From assembly GCA_963826525.1 (NCBI GenBank), contig CAWGXH010000003.1:128001-192000 (forward strand): a stretch of DNA of 64,000 bases. Reading direction: 5' to 3'. Both the position numbers and the translations under genes were made by a program. The stretch is from an uncultured Methanomicrobiaceae archaeon (GTDB taxonomy: Archaea; Halobacteriota; Methanomicrobia; Methanomicrobiales; Methanoculleaceae). The notes under the pieces are model-generated. The model was not told the DNA's origin, ran no database searches, and worked only from the letters and a program-made list of their open reading frames with translations. Below, piece by piece: positions 54,682-64,000 of the stretch (positions within the stretch are counted from its first letter, which is position 1; every line of letters begins with the position of its first letter).

Positions 54682-55718
54682 ATGACGACGATAGGCGTAC
54701 TGACCGGCGGAGGCGACTGCCCGGGGCTGAACGCCGTCATCAGGGCGGTCGTCAGGACGCGGACTCCAAAACAACTTCGATACGCTCGGGATCCGCGACG
54801 GCTGGGCGGGGCTCGTCGAGGGCAACGTCGAACCGCTCACCGACTACTCGGTGATGGGCATCCTCCCGAAGGGCGGGACGATCCTCGGCACGTCGAGGAC
54901 GAATCCCTTCAAGAAAGATGCGGATCTCCAGCGTCTCAAGGACAATGTCAAAAAGTTCGGTATCGACGCGATCGTCGCGATCGGGGGCGAGGATACGCTC
55001 GGGGTGGCATCGAAACTCTCGGGCATGGGGATACCGGTCGTCGGTGTTCCGAAGACGATCGACAACGACGTCTCCGGGACGGACTATACCTTCGGCTTCG
55101 ATACGGCCGTCGCCATCGTGACCGAGGCCATCGACCGCCTGCATACGACCGCCGAGTCGCACCACCGGATCATGGTGGTCGAGGTGATGGGCCGGCACGC
55201 CGGGTGGATTGCGACGATGTCGGGGATTGCCGGCGGTGCGGACGAGATCCTCATCCCCGAGGTGCCGTTCGACCTCGACGAGGTCTGCAAACACCTCCGG
55301 GCACGGTACGAGAGCGGGAAACTCTTCAGCATCGTCGTCGTGGCCGAAGGAGCAAAACCGAGCGGTGGGGAGGGCGTCATCACCCAGTCCGCCAGGACGG
55401 ATGCGTTCGGGCACGCCCGGCTCGGCGGCGTCGGGAACTACCTCCGCGAAGAGCTTGAAGAGCGGCTCGGCATGGAGACCCGGGTGACCGTCCTCGGCCA
55501 CGTCCAGCGGGGAGGCTCCCCGACGGCCCACGACCGCGTTCTCGCCACCCGGTTCGGCGTCAAGGCGGTCGAACTTATCCGGGAGAAGAACTTCGGGAAG
55601 ATGGTTGCCCTGCACGGGGACGCCATTGTGGCGGTTCCGATAGAGGAGGCGGTCGCCACGCTTAAAGACCGTCGATATGGATCTCTACGACCTCTCGAAG
55701 ATCTTCTTCGGGGGATAG
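54682..55718 (+). CDS. pfkA: PfkA-family 6-phosphofructokinase with PPi-type signature; frameshifts near 54765 and 55665
   Basis: TGGGDCPGLN, GGTILGTSR, IGGEDT, PKTIDND, EVMGRHAG and LGHVQRGG; natural end DLYDLSKIFFGG*. Confidence 0.9.
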
Positions 55719-55791
55719 CGTATCTTCCGCGAGGGGGGATCAGCCCCCCTCCTTTCCGGTCTTTCGCGGCTGCTGTCGAACCGGGTATTCG

Positions 55792-56440
55792 TCAGTCGAT
55801 CAGGAGGAGCGCCATCGGCTCCGGATGATCCGTGCAGGGGAATGTGATCGGCATCCCGGCGAGCTCCGCGGTCTTCTTCATATTGATCCCGACGGCATGC
55901 TCGGGTATTCGGGCCATGGTCGGATGGACGCAGATGCCTCCTTTTACATTGCAGGTCTCGCAGAGCCGGCACGAGCCATTGACAAGAGCGAGCGCCAGCG
56001 TGTATCCGGCGTTGAACGCGGTCTTCTCGAGTTCCAGCATGACCGGCAGGATCTCCCGGCTCCCGGAGAAGTAATCCTTCCAGAACTGCTCTGCCTTCTC
56101 CTTCTTCTCCGGAGGGGCATCCGGGTCGAGCCAGTACTTGTAGATCGAACGTACCGATATCGGGATCAGCCTCCGCATCCGACCGGAACTTCACGAGCAG
56201 GACGTATCGGTACTCCCCCAGGATCTTCCGGAACTCATCCGGCGTCGGGACATACGGCGGGCATGTCAGTTTCTTCCCGTAGGCGATGCACCCTGATCTG
56301 CACTTGAGGGGGACGCGGTTCTCCACAATCACATCTGACGCCGGAATAATCCGGGCATCCTTTGCGCCCAGCGTGAAGGCTGTCTGCCGGATGAACTCGA
56401 ACTCACCGGTTTCATTCGTGTAAAAGGTCATTATCATCAA
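55792..56440 (-). CDS. DUF2284 metal-binding protein (frameshift near 56155)
   Basis: KCRSGC..YG..LTCPP, GSCRLCETC..C.HP..AR..EHAVGIN. Confidence 0.85.
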
Positions 56441-56727
56441 GTCCGTCCGTTCGGGGATTTTATCGTATCATTATTCCCCATCCTCCGGCAAATAATATCT
56501 CTGCCGGCGACCCGTTCTTCTGTTTCTCTCGATGAGCCTCGGAGGTAACTCCCCGTTCAGAGAGACTCCAATATCCTGTATTCTCCGAGCCTATCCCCAA
56601 AATGTGTCCGGTACCTGACGATTGACCGGATCGAAGCACTCTCACGTAATCAATCCGTGAAAAAGACTCACTCTAGACCGGATCGCGAGCAAGGCCAATC
56701 TCCGGCTATCGCATCGTGGGGGAGGGT

Positions 56728-56752
56728 GCGGGAGGGGGCCAGCCCCTCCTGC
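56728..56752. other. GC-rich hairpin in a 500-bp intergenic region
   Basis: GCGGGAGGGG-GCCAG-CCCCTCCTGC, 10-bp stem with one G-T pair. Confidence 0.5.
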
Positions 56753-56969
56753 AAAAGAGTATTGGGACGTCCTCTCTGTTTCGGTTCCTTATCGATCCCG
56801 AACAATCACTTTTTAACCGTGCCGCCACCACAGGGCTTAATACCCTCAGGAGACTGTTAGCCTCTTCTGGAGGAAGCTGTTCTGGCCGACATATGGAACT
56901 CCGGGTTCTTCAGGCGCTCCCGCCACGGGCTCTCGTTTATCAGGGAGATTCTCCGCTCTCCTGCCGAGG

Positions 56970-58788
56970 GTGACCGGGGGCTTAAAGCCGCGGATTCTCG
57001 TCTTCTTCCTGCGCTACGCCCGGCCGCTCTGGAAAATCGGCCTTCTCGGCCTTCTGGCAACGGTCGTTGTCGCGGGCCTAAAGACGCTCATCCCGCTCTC
57101 GAGCAAATTCTTCATCGATACCATTCTCCCCGGCGACGCCGGAACCGGAGGCGGGGGGACGCTCTCGTCGCTGCTCCCGGAGGGACTTGCAAGCCCGGCG
57201 GCTCTTGCCCTCGGGTCGCTCACCGGGCTTGCGGTAGCGCTGCTCCTGGTCGGCATCGTTACGGGCGGCATGGACGTCGTCCGGAACTACCTCATCGCCC
57301 AGTTCCGGGAGCGGTTCTCGTTCAATCTCCAGACCGATCTCTTCGACCATGTACTCCGGTTCCCGCTCTCCTACTTCAAATCGCAGCAGACCGGCTATGT
57401 GATGTCGCGGATCTCCGACGACGTGCAGATCCTGCAGTATATCTTCTCCCAATTTCTCCCGAATATGGTCTCGAACACCTTGTACGTGGCGTTCTCCGTC
57501 ATCATCCTCTTCACCCTGAGCTCCCGGTTGACCCTGGTCGTGATCGCTTTTGTCCCGCTCTTTCTGCTGGTGAATGCGCTCTTCATCAGCCGCATCAGAG
57601 CGGCGACCTACCGCGAACGGGAACGGCAGGCGTACGTCTCGCGCGATCTGCAGGAGGTGCTCGCCGGCATCGATACCGTCAAGACCTATGCGGCGGAAGA
57701 CCGCGAGGTCGGCCGGATCTCGCACACCTTGCGGAGCGTCATCAATACCCGGATCCGGAATACCATGCTCGCGGCGTTCTCGGAGTACGTCCGGCTTACC
57801 GTTCAGTTTCTCATGCTCATCGCGGTCTTCTGGTTCGGCGGAACCGAAGTGCTCGCGGGACGGATGACGCGCCGGGGATTTCGTAGCGTTCATCGTCTAC
57901 ATCGCTACCTTTGCCGCATCGGTGAATACGTTCTTCTCGTTTCCGGTCGTCCTCCAGCCTGCCCTCACCTCGGCGGGGCGGCTCCGGGAGATCTTCGGGC
58001 TGGACACCGAGTACGAGCAGGGTGCTCTCCTCATCCCCGGGAGTGTCGAGGGGCGGATCACCCTCTCCGACGTAACCTTCGGTTATACGGACGGCGCACC
58101 GGTGCTCCGAAACGTCAGTCTCACCATCCACCCGGGCGATGTAGTAGCCGTCGTCGGCAGAACCGGAGCCGGGAAGACCACCCTCGTCCACCTGCTCCTG
58201 AAGGCTTTTGTGCCGCAGTCGGGGACCATCACCCTCGACTCCACCGATATCAGCCTCATCGACTCGCGGTGGCTGCGGCGTCAGATCTCGATCGTTTCAC
58301 AGGACCTCTTCCTCTTCCACACGACGATCGAGGATAACATCCGCTACAGCAGGCCGGAGGCCACCAGGGACGAGGTGATCGAGGCGGCGAGGAAAGCCCG
58401 TATCCACGACGATATCGTGCGTTTTCCGGAAGGCTACGAGACCGTCGTCGGAGAACGCGGCACACGGCTCTCGGTCGGCCAGCGCCAGCGGATCGCCATC
58501 GCCCGGGCATTCCTCAAGGATGCCCCGATTCTCATCCTCGACGAGCCTACCTCGGCCCTTGACAGGGAGACCGAACGCGAACTGCAGGAGACGCTGCGCA
58601 CGCTCGTTCGCCGCCGGACGACGATCATCATATCGCACCGTCTCTCGCTGCTCTCGATCGCAGACCGGGTGCTCTCGATCGAGAACGGCCTTGTGCGTGA
58701 GGTAAAGCCCGGCTGCGTTCACTCCGGTGATGCGATCGGTGGCAGCGCTCCGGATCGCGGAATACCGGCCGGCGCGTATAACCTGTGA
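56970..58788 (+). CDS. ABC exporter, fused permease + ATPase (frameshift near 57870)
   Basis: TMD with TGYVMSRISDDV; GRTGAGKT, LSVGQRQR, ILDEPTS and ISHR. Confidence 0.9.
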
Positions 58789-58825
58789 AATATCATTTAT
58801 ATGGGTGCAGGGCCAGAATACGTGC

Positions 58826-59543
58826 ATGGAATATGCCACGGGCTGCCTGGTCTGCGGCCGGGACCTCGTTTACCTGGACGAGCCGCGCCGGACGACGTGC
58901 CTGTACCTGTGGCGAGGCGGAAGACGCCGCGGTTGCCTGCCCCGAGGGGCACTTCGTCTGCGATCGCTGCCACAGCCTCTCCGCACTCGACCTGATCGAG
59001 CAGTTCTGCAACCGGACGACCGATACCGATCCGCTCGCGATCGCCTGCACGCTGATGCAGAGTCCGGCGGTCAAGATGCACGGGCCCGAACACCATTTTC
59101 TCGTTCCTGCCGTGCTCCTTGCGGCGTACTACAACTTCACGAACGAGCCGGAGATGAAAGCGAAGACGCTCGGGATCGCGAGAAGTCGGGCACAGGCCGT
59201 GAAAGGCGGGTTCTGCGGGACGCATGGAACCTGCGGTGCCGCCATGGGAACCGGCATCTTCGTAAGCCTGATCACCGGTGCAACGCCGGCGAAACAGAAA
59301 GAGTGGTCGCTTGCCAATCAGATGACCGCACGGAGTCTGATGACGATCGCCCGGCACGGAGGGCCGCGGTGCTGCAAGCGGAATTCGTGGCTTGCGATAA
59401 CGACGGCGGTCACCTTTCTCCGGGAGCGATTCGCCATCGACCTGCCGGTCAGGACGACAGTCCGGTGTTCATTCTCTGCGATCAACCGCGAATGTCTCGG
59501 TGAGGCCTGTCCGTTCAATCCTGCCGCGGGGCGGGGGATTTGA
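58826..59543 (+). CDS. DUF5714-like Cys-rich protein (frameshift near 58905)
   Basis: CLVCG, C..CG, CPEGHFVCDRCH, MHGPEHH, GGFCG..GTCGAA, GGPRCCKR and C...N.EC....CPF. Confidence 0.8.
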
Positions 59544-59562
59544 GGATGAGCGGTCCGGCCGG

Positions 59563-59754
59563 TCATTCGACCGGATACCCGGCTTTTCGCATCACAAAGG
59601 CGATCGCGTAGTACGCGACGACGACTCCGGCAAAGGTTGCTGCAAGAGAGGTGATGCTGCCCGGCCAGACTGCCGATGCCCATGAACCGAACGCAAAACC
59701 GATGAACACCGAGAGAAAGAGGACGATGATGTTTATTCTATCCGATAACGGCAT
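59563..59754 (-). CDS. Small two-TM membrane protein
   Basis: 63 aa with two hydrophobic helices. Confidence 0.6.
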   Translation of the reverse strand: MPLSDRINIIVLFLSVFIGFAFGSWASAVWPGSITSLAATFAGVVVAYYAIAFVMRKAGYPVE

Positions 59755-59916
59755 TGCGTATCCCGGACACAGTGTAGATCGCCGGAGGGTATCAGTCTTC
59801 TCTTCTCTCGTGAAGGGCTGACCGCGGCAGCGGATCGATCGGTCTGCCTGCGCATGTTTCTTCCGGAGCTTTCGATATCAACCTTTTTCCGCCTCCTCAT
59901 GCGAGATAATACTGAC

Positions 59917-60615
59917 ATGTTCCTCGCGTGCCACCTCTTCATCGGCGTGCTGATCGGCCTTGCGCTCGCCGATAGGTTCCGGAGCCGGGGGCTTCTCCTC
60001 GTCGCCGCCGCAGGCGCGCTCCTCCCCGATCTCATCGACAAACCGCTCGGACATCTGCTTCTCGCCGACTCGATCGACGACGGACGTATCTACATGCACG
60101 GCCTTTTCATCGTTCTCTTCCTCCTCCTCGCAGGGGTTCTGCTCCGGCGAAAGAGGCGGTCTTTTGTTCTGGTCGCCCTCTCGCTCGGCATCCTCTCCCA
60201 CCAGATCCTCGATACCATGTGGGAGGTCCCCGTCAGCTGGTTCTATCCGCTCTTTGGGCCATACCTGGCGGGAGACTTCCCTGACTTCTTTGCGTTCGCT
60301 CTCTCCGGCGAGCTCGGCTCCCTCTCCGAGTGGGTCTTTGGGATCGTCTCGGCTATCCTCCTGGTGCTCGCCTACCGGAGCACGGTGGAGCTCCGACTCG
60401 GGTCATGGGCGGTTGCCGCCGCCCGGAGGGCGGTTCCCCTGGTCGTTCCGCTTCTTGTGGCACTCGGGTGCGCTGCTCTGTACCTTCTCGTGACCGGCGG
60501 AACGAGTGAGATCCTCATGGCCGGCGATACCCCGGAGGCGAACCTCATCCTGACGGCCGTCGGTCTCGGCGGTGCGGTTCTGCTCCGGCGGCACCCCGCT
60601 AGGGTATTCTCGTGA
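59917..60615 (+). CDS. Membrane-bound metal-dependent hydrolase (YdjM-like)
   Basis: CH, GALLPDLIDKPLG, GRIYMH, SHQILD and FYPL. Confidence 0.85.
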   Translation: MFLACHLFIGVLIGLALADRFRSRGLLLVAAAGALLPDLIDKPLGHLLLADSIDDGRIYMHGLFIVLFLLLAGVLLRRKRRSFVLVALSLGILSHQILDTMWEVPVSWFYPLFGPYLAGDFPDFFAFALSGELGSLSEWVFGIVSAILLVLAYRSTVELRLGSWAVAAARRAVPLVVPLLVALGCAALYLLVTGGTSEILMAGDTPEANLILTAVGLGGAVLLRRHPARVFS

Positions 60616-61186
60616 CGGGATCGATGCAGGACGGCAGACGTTTCTCCACGCGGAGAGCGGTGGCACCGGCAGGTTTTATCTCGACGGTAAACTCCCCGTA
60701 GGCGACGAGGTCGCCGACGTTCGCCGGTAAAATGTAGATGTAAAACTCTTCTCCCGGCTCGAGCAGGCTGTCCCCGTCGTCGTTGAAGGTCTCCGGAACA
60801 CTCCACCGGCCTAAGCCGGCAGGCGGCGTCGTGTGCATCAACGGCTCCGCCGGCGTCAGATCACCCTTATGGTTCCGGCTGACGAACCGGACGGACGCCG
60901 TGCTGATATCGACGACCCCTCCCCCTGCAGCGAGGCTGATCGGGATACGGATTCCCTGCAGCCGGGTCTGATCCTGGCTGAAACCGTACAGCGATCCCGT
61001 AACTTTCAGGCTCGAGCTCGCCTGTTGCACCTCGGCGTGCACGGTCTGCTGCGTCTTCTGGATGGCAGTAAATCCGGTACCGAGCACCATGTAGGAGAAG
61101 ACCGAAGCGACCACGACGAAGGCAATGAGGACGATGGCGGCTTCAAGCCCGGTGAAGCCGTCGTCCCGATCGCGCATCTCTGTCAT
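60599..61186 (-). CDS. Archaellin (FlaB/ArlB)-like protein
   Basis: Class III signal DDG/FTGLEAAIVLIAFVVVASVFS; DGDSLLEPGE; FTVEIKP..A. Confidence 0.85.
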   Translation of the reverse strand: MTEMRDRDDGFTGLEAAIVLIAFVVVASVFSYMVLGTGFTAIQKTQQTVHAEVQQASSSLKVTGSLYGFSQDQTRLQGIRIPISLAAGGGVVDISTASVRFVSRNHKGDLTPAEPLMHTTPPAGLGRWSVPETFNDDGDSLLEPGEEFYIYILPANVGDLVAYGEFTVEIKPAGATALRVEKRLPSCIDPVTRIP

Positions 61187-61194
61187 CCTCCGGT

Positions 61195-61803
61195 TCAGAT
61201 CAGTTCGTAGTGGTCGTTCGCCGTGATATCGGGCGGTGCTGTACGCGTCAGTGCAAGGGCAACTCCCGTATCGGGGATGATCTCGGCGGTGAAGGTATCT
61301 CCTTCCGCGATATCCGCGGCACGCAGATCGAGCGTGACGGCGACGAGCTCGCCCGCCTCGAGGATAGTGTCGGTATCTCTGCGGTATCGCCATGCCACCT
61401 CTTTGATCTGCGGATCGCCGGGCGGAATTGTCAGGAGAACGTCGTGAAGCGCTATCCGGTAGGATACCCGGGTCATATCGACGCCGGTCCCTTCGCTGGC
61501 CGTTTCGAGGGTAACCTCGACATAGCGGAGCTTCCCATCGTTCTGATCGCCCTGGCAGAGTACCGTCCCGCCGAGTGCGAGCGCGTTCCCGGACTGGTCG
61601 ATGCCGGCGTGAATAACCTCCTGGCTCTTCTGGGTGGCAAAAAAACCGCTTCCGAGGACGACGAAGGAAAAAACCGCGGCGACGACGATAAAAGCGATGA
61701 GGATTATCGCCGCCTCGAGGCCCGTGAAGGCGTCGTCACCGATCTCTGCCCTTGCCGGGAATCTCTGTCGTTTCCGTCGGGTTCCCGGAGGAAGAGCGTG
61801 CAT
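61195..61803 (-). CDS. Archaellin (FlaB/ArlB)-like protein
   Basis: DDA/FTGLEAAIILIAFIVVAAVFSFVVLGSGFFATQKSQE; DTILEAGE; FTAEIIP..G. Confidence 0.85.
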   Translation of the reverse strand: MHALPPGTRRKRQRFPARAEIGDDAFTGLEAAIILIAFIVVAAVFSFVVLGSGFFATQKSQEVIHAGIDQSGNALALGGTVLCQGDQNDGKLRYVEVTLETASEGTGVDMTRVSYRIALHDVLLTIPPGDPQIKEVAWRYRRDTDTILEAGELVAVTLDLRAADIAEGDTFTAEIIPDTGVALALTRTAPPDITANDHYELI

Positions 61804-61811
61804 GGTTCGTC

Positions 61812-62789
61812 TCACCGCCGGAGGATGAAGACCAGGAGCACTCCGGCGAGTGCGAGCCAGATCGAGAACCCGGGTGCGGCGGTGCTCGCCGAAGTCGTCG
61901 GGCTCGCGGTTGAGCCTGTCGTCGTTGCTGTGCTCGCTGTCACCGCCGTCGGAGTGGGTTCATCCGTCGCTCCGGATGCTGCAACGTACACGTCTGTCGG
62001 TTCGGGCGTTGCCGCGGGGCTACCCGATACCGTACCAAGGGCGACGATGGTGACGAACGTCTGCTGTGCAAGGTCGGTGATCGTCGCCGGTGGTACGGTG
62101 CAGGCTACCGTGTTCGGGCTCTCCGAAAGGGCATAGTCAATACTCCCTGTCTCGAGATACTCGATGAGTGCTGCGACTTCTCCGGTCACCGCGATCGGTA
62201 TCGTCCCGGTAGCGCTCGTGCGATCCATTCTCTCACGGAGGCTCTTCGTGACGAGCGCTACGTGCGGCGTCGCCGTCGGTTCCGGGTCGTTTCCGCCGCT
62301 TTCAGGGACGGGCGTCGGGGTTCCGGCAATATTCACCTGCCCGCTCCGGAGAGAGGCCTCAATCTGTGCTCCGGCGGGCGTGGCATCGGTTAGGGTGGCC
62401 GATACAATCCTGAGCGGCGTGGAGGAACCCGCAGCCCCGACCGCCACGATCGCGATCTCGCAGACCGTTGCCGTCCCCGCAAGCCCGGCATTCTGGATCT
62501 GGAAAGCACCGATCCGGGCAGTCCCAAACGTGTTGTTGTAGTTGGAAAGGGGTCCGGTATCGAAACCCCCGCCGCTCACGCCGGTCACGTGCATGACCGC
62601 AGGATCGTAAGCGAGGTCGAGTGCGATCGTTCCGAGGTCCGTCACATCGCTGACGGTAACTCTCGTGATCGCCGTCTCACCCGGGGTAAGGGTGATATCC
62701 TGAATCGAGACTGTCGGAAGTGCCTGCACCGCACCTGTTGCGTATGCCAGGCAGACGAGAATAATTATCCATTGCCATCTCTTCATCAT
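61812..62789 (-). CDS. Cell-surface protein: signal peptide, cohesin domain, Thr-rich linker, PGF-CTERM
   Basis: AVQA cleavage site; PGETAITRVTV..LDLAYDPAVMHVTGV..GTARI..VGAAGSSTPLRI..GQVNI; C-terminus APGFSIWLALAGVLLVFILRR. Confidence 0.8.
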   Translation of the reverse strand: MMKRWQWIIILVCLAYATGAVQALPTVSIQDITLTPGETAITRVTVSDVTDLGTIALDLAYDPAVMHVTGVSGGGFDTGPLSNYNNTFGTARIGAFQIQNAGLAGTATVCEIAIVAVGAAGSSTPLRIVSATLTDATPAGAQIEASLRSGQVNIAGTPTPVPESGGNDPEPTATPHVALVTKSLRERMDRTSATGTIPIAVTGEVAALIEYLETGSIDYALSESPNTVACTVPPATITDLAQQTFVTIVALGTVSGSPAATPEPTDVYVAASGATDEPTPTAVTASTATTTGSTASPTTSASTAAPGFSIWLALAGVLLVFILRR

Positions 62790-62802
62790 GTTTCACCAGA
62801 GA

Positions 62803-64000
62803 TCAGTGCAGTTCCAGAAAGCCCGGTATGCCGAGTACGTGCTTCGCCAGGTACATGGCGTCGGGCATGCCGATCGTCCCGTCATTCGTGACGTCGGCTA
62901 TGTTCGTATCGATATTTTCGTATCCTGCGGTTTCGAGGATATGCCGTGCGGTATACAGGGCGTCGTAGAGGGAGACCCGGTTGTCTCTATTGACGTCACC
63001 GTTCCTGATCACCAGCAGCGGGATCGCACCCGAGGTATTCTCGCAGCCATAGATGTCGGTGGCCGTGAGGGCAAGGAGGAACGGCTGGTATACTCCGTCC
63101 GTGTAGGGTGAGGCTACGCTGCTCGAGACGTTCAGCACCCATGTCGTCTCCGTGCTCCGGTTCATCGCTGCTGCGGGTGATCCGCCGAGCGGGGAGAGAT
63201 CGATCGTGACGGTTGCGATCGGATTGTCGCCGGTGACGGTGGCCGTCAGTGTCGTGGTCTCGCCGATGCCCGGACTGCCGCCGCCGAGGCTCGGAATGGA
63301 TGCCGGCATCACCGTGCTCTCCATAAGGGTGATAACCGACCGGCTAACGACCGCTTCGAAGGCGTCCACCCTGCCGTAGCCGTAGTACGAGTCCCTTCCT
63401 GCCGTGCCGAGATCGTCGGCCGTGTCCGCGAGGAGGGAGCGTATCTCGGCGTTCGTCATGTCAGGATAGCGGGACTTTATGAGGGCGGAGACGCCTGCGA
63501 CGAAGGGGGTTGCCATCGACGTCCCCGAGGAGTTTTTATACTGCCCCCCTAGCCAGGTCGAGTAGATCCCTCTGCCCGGTGCAACCAGTTCCTGCTGGCT
63601 GCCGTAATTACTGAAAGTCGCTGAGTACATTATTCGAATCAAGAGAACCGACCGCTATCACCGTATCGAAGGCGGCCGGATAGAGGACGGGCTTGCGATA
63701 CCCGTTTCCCGAGGCCGCGACGACGAGGCACCCGTTATCCCATGCATACTGGCAGGCCTCCTGCAGGGTGGTGGATGGGTCGGCACTCGCCGAGGCTGAG
63801 GCTGATGATATCCGCACCGTTGTCGACGGCGTGGATGATACCGTTCGCAACGGCGGATGTGCTCCCACTACCTTCTGCATTGAGCACTTTCTCGGCAAGA
63901 ATACTGACCTGTGCGATGCCGGCGACACCGGCGCTGTTGTTGATTGCCGCGGCGGCGATACCGGCGCAGTGGGTGCCGTGCCCGTTATCGTCCCGGGGAT
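62803..64000 (-). CDS. S8 (subtilisin/thermitase-like) serine protease with Ig-like linker and C-terminal dockerin; 5' end outside window, frameshifts near 63785 and 63610
   Basis: [11 protein letters not shown] (63960-64000), AASGN, YPAA, GTSMATP; C-terminal duplicated [16 protein letters not shown] / [16 protein letters not shown]. Confidence 0.88.

Noticed and set aside
61160-61740. Acidic residues before the archaellin cleavage sites (DDG/F, DDA/F)
   Set aside because: Differs from the KG/RG consensus, but as far as I recall non-basic -2 residues are normal in Methanomicrobiales archaellins.
62803-62830. PGF near the protease C-terminus (GIPGFLELH) as PGF-CTERM
   Set aside because: No transmembrane helix or basic tail follows; it is part of the dockerin end.
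1-64000. CRISPR arrays, tRNA/rRNA genes, transposases, integrases
   Set aside because: No regularly spaced repeats, RNA gene signatures or transposase/integrase motifs were seen.

Overview
GC-rich (~60%) chromosomal window from a methanogenic archaeon, most likely Methanomicrobiales (Methanoculleus/Methanolinea-like). This assignment is inferred from form III RuBisCO, FTGLEAAI-type archaellins, a DUF2121 connectase, a PGF-CTERM anchor and the style of the PAS/REC sensors. It holds about 55 mostly accessory genes: transporters (RND, AI-2E, LysE, MATE, ABC, K+ channel, CopB), sensors, thiME, class I aldolase + PfkA-family kinase, and peptidases. No rRNA, tRNA, CRISPR array or transposase was seen. 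About 20 otherwise intact genes are broken by single-base indels, which looks like uncorrected long-read error, and about six further loci are true truncated remnants. Most notable: (1) a four-gene unit at the right edge encoding a dockerin-bearing subtilisin, a cohesin + PGF-CTERM surface anchor and two archaellin-like proteins; (2) three PAS sensors ending in the same ATPase-less HisKA-like domain with Asp at the usual phospho-His position; (3) an aldolase/PFK pair with the PPi-dependent signature in a RuBisCO-encoding methanogen. All family calls are by eye from motifs; no searches were run.
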